A stretch of 64,000 nucleotides of DNA from Tubiluchus corallicola (taxonomy: Eukaryota > Animalia > Priapulida). The first letter of the stretch is position 1. Each line of letters opens with the position of its first letter. Where the stretch lies: NCBI GenBank assembly GCA_030141605.1, contig JAQGDQ010000411.1, positions 1-64,000 of the forward strand, in the 5' to 3' direction. The notes beneath the pieces were generated by a model. The model saw only the letters and a list, made by a program, of their open reading frames with translations. It made no database searches and had not been told where the DNA came from. The translations under genes and the position numbers were made by a program. Below, piece after piece: positions 29,201 to 41,974 of this stretch.

Positions 29201-32200
29201 TTAATGATGCCGGTGCTGCTTAACAACACCAGTGCTGCTTATTGATGCAGGTGCTGCTTAATGAGTTAGGTGTTGATTAACGACACCAGTGCTGCTTAAT
29301 GATGCCGGTGCTGCTTAACAACACCAGTGCTGTTTAATGATGCTGGTGCTGCTTAATGAGTTAGGTGTTGATTAACGACACCAGTGCTGCTTAATGATGC
29401 CGGTGCTGCTTAACAACACCAGTGCTGTTTAATGATGCTGGTGCTGCTTAATGAGTTAGGTGTTGATTAACGACACCAGTGCTGCTTAATGATGCCGGTG
29501 CTGCTTAACAACACCAGTGCTGCTTAATGATGCTGGTGCTGCTTAATGAGTTAGGTGTTGATTAATGACACCAGTGCTGCTTAATGATGCCGGTGCTGCT
29601 TAACAACACCAGTGCGGCTTAATGAGTTTGGTGCTGCTTAATGACACCATTGCTGCATAATGATGCTGGTGCTGCTTAATGACACCAGTGCTGCTTATTG
29701 ATGCAGGTGTTGCTTAATGACACCAGTGCTGCTTAATGACACCAGTGCTGCTTAACGACACCAGTGCTGCTTAATAAGTTTGGTGCTGCTTAATGACACC
29801 AGTGCTGCTTAACAACACCAGTGCTGCTTAATGAGTTTGGTGCTGCTTAACGATGCCAGTGCTGCTTAATGAGTTTGGTGCTGTTTAACGATAGCAGTGT
29901 TGCTTAATGAGTTTGGTGCTGCTTAACAACACTAGTGCTGCTTAACGAGTTTGGTGCTGTTTAACGATACCAGTGCTGCTTAATGAGTTTGGTGCTGCTT
30001 AACGACACCAGTGCTGCTTAATGGTGCTGGCGCTGCTTAATGACACCAGTGCTGCTTAATGACACCAGCGCTGCTTAATGACACCAGCGCTGCTTAATGA
30101 CACCAGTGCTGCTTAATGACACCAGTGCTGCTTAACAACACTAGTGCTGCTTAATGAGTTTGGTGCTGTTTAACGATACCAGTGCTACTTAATGGTGCTG
30201 GCGCTGCTTAATGACACCAGTGCTGCTTAATGGTGCTGGCACTGCTTAATAACACCAGTACTGCTTAATGACACCAGTACTGCTTAATGACACCAGTGCT
30301 GCTTAATGGTGCTGGCACTGCTTAACAACACCAGTGCTGCTTAACAACACCAGTGCTGCTTAATGACACCAGTGCTGCTTGATGACACCGGCGCTGCTTA
30401 ATGACACCAGTGCTGCTTAATGGTGCTGGCGCTGCTTAATGACACCAGTACTGCTTAATGACACCAGCGCTGCTTAACAACACCAGTGCTGCTTAATGAC
30501 ACCAGTGCTGCTTAACAACACCAGTGCTGTTTAATGACGCCAGTGCTGCTTAACAACACCAGTGCTGTTTAATGACACCAGTGCTGCTTAACAACACCAG
30601 TGCTGCTTAATGACACCAGTGCTGCTTAACAACACCAGGGCTGCTTAATGATGCCGGTGTTGCTTAAGGACACTGGTACTGCCAACGCTGCCGGTGCTGC
30701 TTAACAACACCAGTGCTGCTTAATGATGCCGGTGCTGCTTAACAACACCAGTGCTGCTTAACAACACCAGTGCTGCTTAATGATGCCGGTGCTGCTTAAC
30801 AACACCAGTGCTGCTTAACAACACCAGTGCTGCTTAACAACACCAGTGCTGCTTAACAACACCAGTGTGCTTAATGATGCCAGTATTGCTTAACGACTCT
30901 GGTACTGCCAACGCTGCTGGTGCTGTTCTTTCTATTATACTGCTTGTGTTGACTTTGTTCGTTTTTCAGGAATGTCTCCGGAAATGTTAGAAGAGCTTTC
31001 ACACGAACCCCTCGATCTGGAGGAACTTCTTCACGAAATGCCGTTGAAACCCGTAGAAAGTGAGAACAACGAACCGGCAAACACCGGCAAAACGGATACA
31101 GCAACGTCACCCATTGTTACTTCTCCGTTGAGTGACCTGGGACAACAGGGGGTAGAACCCGGAATCATCCAGGGAGAAGACGTTCCTATATATCCAGTTT
31201 TGCTACCCACGACTACAACTATTGCTGTTCCTGTTGATAATTTTGCGAAGTATGTTAGCTGAGATAATTACCATATACTTAAAATTATAGCGTGGGAGAG
31301 AATGAATTCAGTGTAATTAATTTTGGTGGCTTTTATATAAGTTTCGACGAACTTTAATGACGTACCATTTTCAGTGATCTATGTATCAAACCACCTATGG
31401 GTTTGTCATTTGTCATGTTTTTTCAAATCAGGGCCACCGGAAGGAACTCCAAAATGGCCCTTTTTTACCTGTTTCTTGCAAAACTTACACCTCGTATTTC
31501 TAGAGACGGGGAGCAGGCCAGGGGTGGTGCTGGTAATGGTTGGATAGCTCGTTCGTGATGGGTGTAGTAGGCATATTTAGAATTTGCAGGAGAGCTACAG
31601 ATTCCCGTAACACGCGTTTTCCCGGACCCAACTCCCGATTATTTGGAAATTTTGTCGGACATCGTATAGAAAAAACATTCTAGTGGCACCTGGTGGGGCT
31701 CTTGGAAAGAGATATACAGCTTTATAGAAAGAGGAGGAACAGGGCTATACAATGACGTAGGCCACATTTCAGGTTGCCTCCACCAAGAGGAGATGTGACG
31801 AGTTGATTGGGGCTTCCATTTTGGGCCTCACTTAGAAAATTGTTGACGCCTTGCATTGTCTTGACACCATTCTATTTTATTCTGCCTATAACTTTACTTC
31901 AGTAAAAGCTGCTGCTCTCTTTGCATTTGGTAAATGAATGAACACTGTGTAGGATGTTTACGCATTACTGATTTTAGGTGCATTTATGCGCAAAAATTTT
32001 TGCAGGGCCTTTGCTAGTGTATGAAGTAAATTATGACGTGATCATCCCTTGCTCAAGGTTAAATTACGATTAAATTACGGTTATAACGCTCTGTCATAAA
32101 CTAATTAGTTAAGTAAATAGAATCAATAAAACATCTACAGTAAGTCCTCGCTTAACGATGCTAATGCGTTCTATTATCTGTGCAAAAGCTTCGTTAAACG

Positions 32201-35200
32201 AAACCAAGACTTCCATTACAAGTAATGTAAAAAACTAAAATACATTCCCGGGTGATACATAGATGCGCCTAAATCATCTAAATCAGGAGTGTGCAAATTA
32301 TCCGACTAGCCGGGCCACATTAAACTTTCCCGCAATTCCTTCGGGCCACAGGCAGTTTGATCAAGGAGCCAAGTACAGAAAGGCCTGCTAACGATTTTTT
32401 TGCATCCGACCTGCATACATCATTACTACTACACTCAAGAAACTATTTTAGAAGTTATTAAAATTTATATTACAAACCATATATTTCTACTTTCAGGACA
32501 GATAGTGGTAATTTCATTACAATGCATGATAGTAATGTGTATCAGTCTGTGTAGTACAGTGACATTAAGCTACAACAGTCTTGTAAGGGTTAATGGCATC
32601 CGATCTAGTAGAAAAAACTACCTGCACTATCTTTGGGATCGTGGCACGGACTTCAGCTGGATACACTCCATTAATCGCCCGGGCCGCACTTTCATTAGGT
32701 TGACAAATCTGTTCGCGGGCTGCACAAATTCTCTCGGCGGCACGGAAGTTGCCCGCGGGCCGCAGTTTGCACACCCCTGATCTAAGTGAAACATTTTATG
32801 AGTTTCATTCATGTTTCTGCTGATTGATTTCTTTCTGTTTTTACTCTTGTATTGTTTGCATTGTAAGCCAGCAGAAATGCAAAACATTCAATGGTTTTGA
32901 ATATATATATATTATGTTCATATTCATCATTGTTGCATTAATGTTTTGTTTTGTTAACAGGTCGGAATTACAAGAGAAGGTGGAGGCAACGTCAAATGAC
33001 TTGGATTCTCTAAAACGTCTCCTGTCCAACGGATCGTATAATTTTGATGCCTCTGAGTTTCTTGGGGTGAGTTCAAAAAATACCGAGGCTTGAATTTAAA
33101 TTTTGAATCCGGATTATTTTTGTTGAAGTTTCGTTCGCAGTAAAATTTGGTTCGTAAATAATAAGTGTTTCAGATTTCATTGATTATACATATTCACTGT
33201 GATAAATTTACAGTGAAAGTGGTTTTGTAATGTTTTCATCAACTCTGGAATGTGTCTCTGTATTGTTGTCGGTTGTTCATCATACTCAGACGGTAATTAC
33301 TGTAACGAGCCTTTACACAAAGTCTTCGCGTCATTTTGCTCAGGTTGGCGTTGCTTCTGAATTGGAAGATATCAATGGGGGGGGGGATTCCCTACGTGAT
33401 TCGCTGCACGATCGCTTGCAGTTGGCAACCTTGTCTCTAATCAAAACAACACAAGGCCGCATACCTTGTCCAAAGTGCACACCTTGTCCACACTGCACAC
33501 CTTGTCAACACCGCACACCTTGTCAACACCGCATACCTTGTTAACACCACACACCTTGTCCACACTGCACACCTTGTCAACACCGCACACCTTGTCAACA
33601 CCGCACACCTTGTTAACACCTCACACCTTTTCAACTCTTCACATTTTGTCAACAGCTCACACCTTGTTAACACCACACACCTTGTCAACGCTGCACACCT
33701 TGTTAACACCACACACCTTGTCAACACACACCTTGTCAATGCCTCACACCTAACACCTTGCATGTTGTCAACACCTCACACCTTTTCAACACTTCACACC
33801 TTTTCAACACTTTACATTTTGTTAACACTGCACACCTTGTCAACACCGCACACCTTGTCAACACCTTACACATTGTCAACACCTCACACCTTGTCAACAC
33901 CGCACACGTTGTCAACACCTTACACATTGTCAACACCTCACACCTTGTCAACACTACACACGTTGTCAACACCTTACACATTGTCAACACCTCACACCTT
34001 GTCAACACCGCACACCTTGTCAACACCTTACACATTGGCAACACCTCACACCTTTTCAACACCGCACACCTTGTCAGCACCTTACACATTGTCAACACCT
34101 CACACCTTTTCAACACTTCACATTTTGTTAACAGCTCATGCCTTGTCAACACTGCACACCTTGTCAACACCACACACCTTGTCAACACCGCATACGTTGT
34201 CAGCACCGCACACCTTGTTAACACCTTACACCTTGTTAACACCTTACACCTTGTCCATTCCACACAACTTTTCTACACCACACCTGACTTGAGTTACACC
34301 TGAACCACTTTTCCGCAATGCTCAAACTCGGCGAGACGCTGCTAGATGTTTTTGCTTGTCATGTGCGCTAATAAAACAGCCAAAATTATTTATCAGTGGC
34401 GCACTCTGCAGAGCATTGGGTGAAACGACATGTTAGCCTTGTGCATTCCTTCTGTGACCCTTGAACTAATTTTAGTTAAGTTAGCTTAAACTGCTAAGTT
34501 AGGTCCGTGATAAAACATTGAAAATGTTTGTGAAATTGTGAAGTAAGTGTTACGTTTCGTGTACATAAATTACACTAAAGTACAAAAGTAAAGTAACTAA
34601 ACAAAAACTACAGTAAAGAGTTAGCTAAAGTTTTTATCAGCTCCTAGTAGCAGAGTGTCGGTCGGCTTTGTTTGATAGTGAATTTTTAGTTCATAAGCTA
34701 AAAAATGTTGGATAAAAGTAACAATTAACTGTTATGGCAGTACAGTGCATTACTGATCGGGTAACCCGGCGCAAAATTTTGTCGCTTATTAACAGGGCTA
34801 TGGAGTCGGAGTCGACAGTAAACTTATTTGCTAAAGGAGTCAGATTCGGAGTTGTTAAAATTAGGGTGTTGGAGTTGGAGTCGGGACTCGGGAGTACACT
34901 TATTGTTAGAGGAGTCGGTGCTGAAGCTGCTAAAAATAGACAAGCTCCAACTCCAGTTATTTTTAAAGCAGTTATATATAATACTTAATGTATATTAGTT
35001 CACATAAGTAAATTATATCAGCAAAGGTAAACTTTTGATTGTTAAGGCTTAGGTGAGACGCTTCTTACTCTGGGCAGTTACAACATGTTATTAGATACCT
35101 GTTTTTCTTATAAATATTTACATGATGTTTTTGTTTGTGCAAATGTCTTTCAGGGAAACTTGAGTATAAGAAGTAACCCGATGATTCGACTTGGTAGTGA

Positions 35201-38200
35201 TAAAATGCCACTGTAACTAAGCTGCTAAAATTATATTGAGAGTTGTACAAAGTATTATCTAAAGGCAGGAGTCGGAGTCAGAGTTGAACTTGGAGCTTCT
35301 AAAATTTTAAGAGTCAGAGTTGGAGTTAGAGTTGGATGTTCTAAAATTTTAAAAGTCAGAGTTGGAGTTGGAGTTGGATCTTTTAAAATTTTAAGAGTCA
35401 GAGTTGGAGTTGGAGTTGGATCTTTTAAAATTTTAAGAGTCAGAGTTGGAGTTGGATCTTTTAAAATTTTAAGAGTCACAGTTGGAGTTGGATCTTCTAA
35501 AATTTTAAGAGTCAGAGTTGGAGTTGTAGTTGTATCTTTTAAAATTTTAAGAGTCAGAGTTGGATCTTCTAAAATTTTAAGAGTCAGAGTTGGATCTTCT
35601 AAAATTTTAAGAGTCACAGTTGGAGTTAGAGTCGGATCTTTTAAAATTTTAAGAGTCACAGTTGGAGTTGGATCTTCTAAAATTTTAGGAGTTGGAGTTG
35701 GATCTTCTAAAATTCTAGGGGTTGGAATTGGATCTTCTAAAATTCTAGGAGTTGGAGTTGGAGTTGGATCTTCTAAAGTTTTATTAGTAAGAGTTGGAGT
35801 TGGATCTTGTAAAATTCTAGGAGTTGGAGTTGGGAGTTTAATGTACAGACTTCACAGCCCTGCTTAGTTACAAATCAGCAAGTTCTCTTTTCACTGAACA
35901 GTGGTTTTGGTTTAGCAAGTAAACATCAAAGTCAGTAGTTCTAAATGTAAAAGCTGAAAGTAAACTGTCATTATTCAGTCTGGTGACAATGTTGCTTTGA
36001 TTCTCAATGTTTACAGGTGCATAATTTAGTAGCAGGATCGCCAAAAGAAATGTTGGGCTCCATAACTTATACAAGGGCATGAAGACTATAATATACAAAA
36101 TTTATGTTCAGTAATATTCCTTTCTTAATATCTGAAATATGTCCCAGTTTGTTTTCTGATAAACAAAGGCCCATTTTTGGCTTTTTTTCTTGCATAACAA
36201 CGAATAACTTCATCAAAATTGATGTTCCTTGCAAGTTCGGTTTCATTGATCAATCTTGCCAGGTCTACCAGCCATCCCCGTGTGTCATTGTGGATCTAAG
36301 GAAGTTTTTCATCTGTTTTAGTTTGTTGACTGAGCGCTCTGCACAGGCAAGAATAGAAGATATTGTGAGAATATGTACCTGATTCGGATCAGTTCAAATA
36401 CTGATCATGCCAATGTACAAGATTTAATGTTTATGGGCCCCAGAACAATGTACCGGCTGCACTCACTTTCTGAAGCGTGCTCGGAAGCCCTGCAATCAGT
36501 TGTGTTAGACGAACAACTTTACAGCTTGCGTGATGTCATACATTTCTGTTGCTTCTTCAACCTGAATAATTCACTTGAAACGGAGTGACAGAGCGAACTT
36601 TCTTTGACGCAAAAATACTAATTTGGAAACAATTTGGAAACCTCAATTTGCAAAGATTAACTTCGCAAATCATTCTGGTCTATGCTAACTTTACTGTACA
36701 CAGCGCTGTTGCCACGTGGCTAGAGCTGTTTCACCACATTATTGCTACATTATTTGGCATTACTGTTGCATTATTTATTTTCATTGCGTTTTCCTTACAG
36801 TAATTCGGATGAGGATGTTGTGTGTCGTATGAAATGTTTGTTGCTTTTTCAACATCATGCTCATTGCATCTATCTGTACTACACGTTTGCATAGAAAAGG
36901 TGTTTAGGAATTTAGTTTTCTCTGGAAAAACATGATCACGTCGTCTGCATTGGATTGTGCATTACTTAAACTATTATGCTATTTTGTCAGATGAGCCTAC
37001 TAATACAACCTGTCAATGTTTCGCGGAGTTGAAGTGGAGTTAATACTAGGAGTAGGTAATTATATTACCACTGATTTCAAAATCCTGATTCGCTGACTTT
37101 TAACGTTAAATTTACACCGTATTTTATTTATCGTAATGTTTCTGTGCAATTACGAACTTTGTAGCCGTCGTGAATTTCATACACACCTGCTGATTGCTTC
37201 ATTTGATTACAGGTAAGCAACCCCCTGACTGATTACGGTGCGTTTCCTTCTACGTCAAGCGATGATGCCAGCATCCTAGAAAGCATCTTATCTTATTTGC
37301 AGGTAATGCTACCAGCATCCTAGAAAATATCTTATCTTATTTGCAGGTAATGTTACCAGCATCCTAGAAAGTATCTTATCTTATTTGCAGGTAATGTTAG
37401 CGTCACTTGCGGCCCATAGTTAACATTAGTGGGGGTGCTGCTTCAGAAGAAAATTTAGCCATTGTTTTAGTAATGTGTAAAATAAAACAAACTTGTAATT
37501 TCAATGTTGTAATTTGTAATTGTAATTTTAAGCAAGCAAACATACAAAAATTTATGCATAAACTTGATAAAATTCTAAATTGTCGCAGTTCAAGAATTTG
37601 TCGGTACACGGGTTTTTAAACGCGTGACAACTGACAACAAACTGTGTGAGCGACAGCTCTTTCTCTACCTAGCAGCATATGCTAGCAGTGCAGCGTACAA
37701 CGTGTTATCTGAGACATAAGCGCATGCCAAACATTTAGCAAGCACTACACTCACGTACTCTGGTTTCGTAAAAGTATAAAGAAAGAATTAAAGAAAAAAG
37801 ATTCATTATATTGAATATTATCAATAATATTGAGTAAAAATAGGGGGCACCACTAGTTAGCCTTTCGACTAAATAAAGAATTGTTCTTGGAGATGATATA
37901 CATTCACACATGTGTCAAAATAGAAATGTTAGAAATTTCGAAAATTTTAATATTTTTAAAGAGTGTCACATTCTGTTCATATGTGACAGTAGTCATGTTC
38001 CTGGTTCAGTTATCTTTTATAACACCATGCATTAACTGCCTTTACTATCAATGTCAAAAGTAATATTTTTATTTTATAATAATATGTAAACGCAAAAGCA
38101 AGTGTATTCTCATAAACTGTACCTAATAGCGCTGATAACAGACAAAGATGAACCATGGGTTGTTCAGAGATGCACTTATGAAATTTTCATCGTAGGTTTT

Positions 38201-39888
38201 AATTTTTTCTACATTCTCAACTACAACAGAATAATAACCACAATTTACGTATAGTTTAACATTGGATATGGAACATGGTGCACCTCAAGGGTCCAATCTA
38301 GTTTAACATTGGCTATGGAACATGGTGCACCGCAAGGATCCAATCCAGTTTAACACTGGATATGGAATATGGTGCACCGCAAGGATCCAATCTAGGACCA
38401 CCATCATTTATTGTAACTAAAGTTTGTAAACTTTCAAAAACTGTATGAAAAGTACCTTATAAGATTCATGTCTGTGAAAGATGATTTCGCAAACAATTAA
38501 TTTGCAATTAAGAACATTTTTCTTGTAGGATGAATCAAATGAGCAAGAGCAGCTTCCATTGAAGCCAAGTAGTCTAGCTCATCCTGGCTCAAGTACAACA
38601 GGTAACTTACTCAGAATTTACTTACGTGGGAAGGTATTGCATATTAATTAAGTTAGACATGAAGAAATGTTCTTTTTTGTTGTTTTTTACCTGCCCTAAT
38701 TGGTTTACAGTTAAACCTCTGTACACCGCCCACTTTAAGACGGGGAAAAAAGTTGGTGTTACAGCGAGTTTGGTGTTATAATGAGGTGTGTTGAATTGTG
38801 TCATAGACAAGTAACAAAACAGTGAGACAAGTGTGTAAACTAGACACTAGAGTCTTCAATTTTCACTCTAAAGATTAATGAATTCAAGAAAATTAATCGT
38901 ACAAATCGGTTTTTGACCAGAAAATTTGAGCTGAAATTGTCTCCGCTTTCGACCAAAATTTCGGTACTCGACCAACCTTCAAACACGTGATGAACACGTA
39001 CGCGGCGAGCCGAGTAGAGCCGAGCGTAACCGGTCGCGCCCGAGAGTAGTCAGTGCTTTAGTGCTTTATATGCTTATTTTTCTCCGCTTTTTCATGCAGG
39101 AATAATTATGTTGTTCTTTCAAAGTAATTCTATTATGTTTTTCTTATCAATTATATCATATCTCCTGTTTGAATAAACATTTTTCCATTATTATATTTCG
39201 TTTTAGTAATACTTTACAGTTCATTTGGCGCTTGAGAACAGATTATTTGGTTTTACATTATTGCTTATGGGAATAAATGATTTGGTTTTCAAACACTTTT
39301 TAGGAACAAATTATGGTCGAAAACAGAGGTATGGCTGTATTAAATTGAATTCATTACTCACTCAAAATGAATTATGTTTATCAAGAACGTGTCACCGACT
39401 GAGCCAAGTGTACAGCATCCTCCCACAAGCTGGCATTACATCAAGGTCACTGGCGTGGGTGGTGGTATTTAATCGTATATATCAATTTACGTGGCAGATG
39501 GCAGGTAACGGGTGGCTGTATAACAGATTACTTTTATATACAGTTTAATACAGCTGTTTTGTTTCTGGCCGATTTGCAGGCGGTAAATGAGTTTGGCGGT
39601 ATGGGGTGGGGCGGTGTGGGGGGTGTATAATGAGGTTTGACTATATTTGGTTGTCATTTGCAGCCAGTTGCCATTAGGTATGCTAAAGGCTTGTAACTTG
39701 TTCTTAATGTGTCACGTTCATTTTCAGGCAAGGAACTTGTACAGTTTATATCTCCGACTGAAATGGGACTACCCGATGCCATGCTGTTTGATAGTGAAAC
39801 GGTTTTAGAAGTGCCTGAACACGCCGAGGGCGCATCAACACCTAGCTCAGCGCTAAACACTCCTGCAATTGACAAATCACTCCTGTAG
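20225..39888 (+). CDS. HSF1: Heat shock factor protein (HSF1-like), 12 coding exons, ~501 aa
   Basis: Exons 20225-20359, 20727-20835, 22018-22142, 23030-23160, 24640-24715, 25147-25272, 27047-27140, 30970-31249, 32961-33066, 37213-37302, 38529-38601, 39728-39888 (1506 nt, phase-consistent). DNA-binding domain VPAFLTKLW...[30 protein letters not shown]...IKRK; [41 protein letters not shown]; IISD motif; [23 protein letters not shown]; C-terminal GKELVQF. Exons 10-11 rest on splice signals and phase only. Confidence 0.93.
22407..22995. mobile_element. Family C (Kolobok-like) copy
   Basis: Colinear similarity to 9985-10657 and 58300-58900. Confidence 0.65.
23341..24150. repeat. 48-bp minisatellite, ~17 copies (HSF1 intron 4)
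   Basis: Unit ctgtggttgtcacacctgtcctaagaatgttacacttgtaatgtccta; explains the 16-aa periodic ORFs. Confidence 0.96.
26300..26660. repeat. Dispersed repeat (inverted copy at ~185-545; fragments near 15680 and 21690)
   Basis: gatgatgatcgtgaaaacgtcaaaggttaagtgtacc...ttaatgcataattaa is the reverse complement of the 230-450 block. Confidence 0.7.
27430..28370. mobile_element. MITE family D copy, right end replaced by satellite
   Basis: Begins ta-cagagggcgccgcttaatagactcac and is colinear with the complete copy at 48336-49200 up to ~28350; further fragment at ~1630-1860. Confidence 0.65.
28372..30925. repeat. 19-bp satellite (~134 monomers) with a 95-bp higher-order repeat, HSF1 intron 7
   Basis: Monomer gacaccagtgctgcttaat. 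The variant gagttaggtgttgattaac recurs at 28409, 28503, 28598 ... 29548 (95-bp period, 13 times). Confidence 0.96.
31335..32017 (+). mobile_element. Helitron-like non-autonomous element
   Basis: Ends gcaaaaattttttgcagggcctttgCTAGt (small hairpin + CTAG); homologous to 13902-14370. Confidence 0.55.
32284..32779. mobile_element. hAT MITE family B copy
   Basis: TIR caggagtgtgcaaa / tttgcacacccctg; 8-bp TSD atctaaat/atctaagt; adjoins a truncated family A end at ~32138-32270. Confidence 0.82.
33445..34260. repeat. 18-bp minisatellite, ~45 copies (HSF1 intron 9)
   Basis: Unit caccttgtcaacaccgca and variants; gives 6-aa periodic ORFs on both strands. Confidence 0.95.
34793..35862. mobile_element. 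hAT-like MITE with GGAGTY-rich ends (family E) and internal tandem array
   Basis: TIR cagggctatggagtc / gacttcacagccctg, degenerate 8-bp TSD (cttattaa/cttagtta). Array of ggatcttttaaaattttaagagtcagagttggagtt variants at 35265-35835. Confidence 0.75.
37268..37399 (+). repeat. 44-bp x3 tandem repeat spanning the HSF1 exon-10 donor
   Basis: ccagcatcctagaaagcatcttatcttatttgcag|gtaatgcta repeated at 37268, 37312 and 37356. Confidence 0.93.
38253..38410 (+). repeat. 47-bp x3 tandem repeat of a LINE RT micro-fragment
   Basis: Unit agtttaacattggatatggaacatggtgcacctcaagggtccaatct; the last copy reads [10 protein letters not shown], resembling the non-LTR RT GVPQGS.LGP motif. Confidence 0.75.
38708..39643. 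mobile_element. Tc1/mariner/pogo-type MITE, probably with a nested fragment
   Basis: ta-cagttaaacctctgtacacc ... ggtgtataatgaggtttgacta-ta termini; an internal second end (gaggtatggctgta) at ~39327-39339. Confidence 0.6.
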
Positions 39889-41537
39889 CTCTTACCAAAG
39901 CAGAATGGCTGTAAATAGATCGTACGAAGTTTCCAGATTTGTGATTTGCTTAATGATGATGAAAAAACACTTTGTTCATCAACTCAAGTCATTTAAGCAG
40001 CAGTAGCTACATTAAATATGTGGAATCTTATAAGAAAAGACAGATATAGGCAGGCTCATTATTGACTATAGGTCATAGCAGTTGTACTCGCAATCCAAAG
40101 CACCTGGTTCAAATCTAGGGACAGTCCTTCACACTTTTTTCTTTCGATTGACTTTGTTTTCACTAGTTCAGTTAATTGTGTCTTTATTCTATCGTTCATC
40201 ACCGCAGATTTCCGGTTGAAATTTGGACGTAATCATCTGACTAATCTGTGTTCCCCTTTGTTTCAGTTAGTTTACTGTTAGCAATGGCATTCTTTTGTAG
40301 TTATCAAGCGCTAGTGTTCTTGCAGATGTCGAAGATTTTCTTCAAGTTTTGCTACAAATTGCCTAAGAAATTTCAAAACCAATATCTTACTTAAGTACCC
40401 GCTCTCAAAAGAACTCTCGTCATTTAAGAAAGTTTGCAAGTGTTTTTGACAAGCAAAACATTAGTAAACATTGACAGGTAAACATTAGTCACTTCCTGTT
40501 ATTGCTAGTGCACCCCAAGTTTGTTAACTCTTTCAGGAGTGTAAGTGTTTGCTGCATTTTGCACGGGTTCATGAGAAACTGCTCTCACTAAACAGTGATT
40601 ACATTATATTTGATATTTTTTGTAGGTTTCTACTCCTCACACAATGCATTATCATGCAAAATTATATATGAAATGCATTTGCTTACCTTTGACAAATTAA
40701 AGATCGATTTTTGACGAATAAATTGAAAAAAAGCTTTCAGTAACTGCAGTGTAACAATGTACAGTATCACTTGTGTGAAATCTGTTAATGCAGAAAATCT
40801 CAATTATCCAGACACAACACTCTGATAAACTTTGACCTCAAGTCTACTCTATTTTTAAGGAGAAATTCTTGTTAAAATATGAAATGACTTTAATTTCTCT
40901 TTTTGTGACCTTAATTTCGCTGATCATTTTGTCTTTTCTGGAACCAAAGTCATAGGTCGTATAAGAAATATTTTGAAAGTTGCGGTCCGTAACGAGCTAG
41001 AATTATTTTCGATATTTGAGTCACAAACGTAAAACAAATTCTATTAATTTTTTTATTAAAGTTAAATTTGAGCAAATCAACTGATTATTTTTGTCTGGTT
41101 GTTCTGACTAAAGTGTTGATTACCCACTTTTTGCAGGATTTTTTTGCATAGAATACCAACTGAAAAAATTTGATAAAGTTGCACAGTTTTGAAGCAACTT
41201 GTGTTAAATCGAGGCAGATGAAGTTTCAAGAATGGCGCCCCTTGGAGACAAATTTTTGTCAAAAAAAATGTTGAGTTTGATGTTTACCCTGTGTTATTGT
41301 TAATGTGTTTTTTTCCAGTTATAACTTATGAATATTATGCATATATTTTAACGCAAATGTAGCTATAGCCTTTAGTTGTAAGCAGTTTACTTGTATAATT
41401 ACCATGCACTCTTGTATGTTTGTTAATCACCAGATTAAAGGTGCGACAAAAAATGTTTTTATCACATTACCCACTAGGTGACGTCTGTGTAGCCACCCAT
41501 TAAGCTAAGACATATAAAAAGCAGTTAAGAGAAACTA

Positions 41538-41974
41538 CAGTCAACCTCGGATATAAGGGACGCCTCTGGACCGGAAACAAACGTCCCTTGTATCCAATGT
41601 CCTTTATAGCCAAAGTTGAGTCAGACCGAGGGTGTATCTAGACTTGTAGTTTTCTGTACTTTTGCCCATATTTTTATGGATTATTGCTACACATTCAGTG
41701 CAAACGGTGTGTCGGAAGCTCCTTCAGTGATGCGGAAACTGACCTGTTCGAAGGCCGTTAAAAATCAATTTCGCTTTGATCATAGGGTCCCTTATATTGC
41801 CAGGTAATTTTCCTGGGTTTCTATTATGCGGGACCTGAAGATATCTTCCCTTATAACCGGAAGTCCCTTATATGCGAGTACCTTATATACGAAGATAAGG
41901 AAAATCGTTACGAAAAATCGGCACCGGTGTTGACGGTCCCTTATAAGCGAGTACATTATACCCGAGGTTGACTG
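41538..41974. mobile_element. Young Tc1/mariner/pogo-type MITE
   Basis: Near-perfect TIR cagtcaacctcggatataa / ttatacccgaggttgactg, TA flanks, CpG-rich body, repeated cccttata subterminal motifs. Confidence 0.88.

Noticed and set aside
33437-34303. Overlapping 100-180 aa ORFs on both strands
   Set aside because: 18-bp minisatellite open in several frames.
36991-37055. Possible extra HSF1 exon (tttgtcag|ATGAGCC...AG|gtaat)
   Set aside because: In-frame TGA in the required phase; not included in the model.
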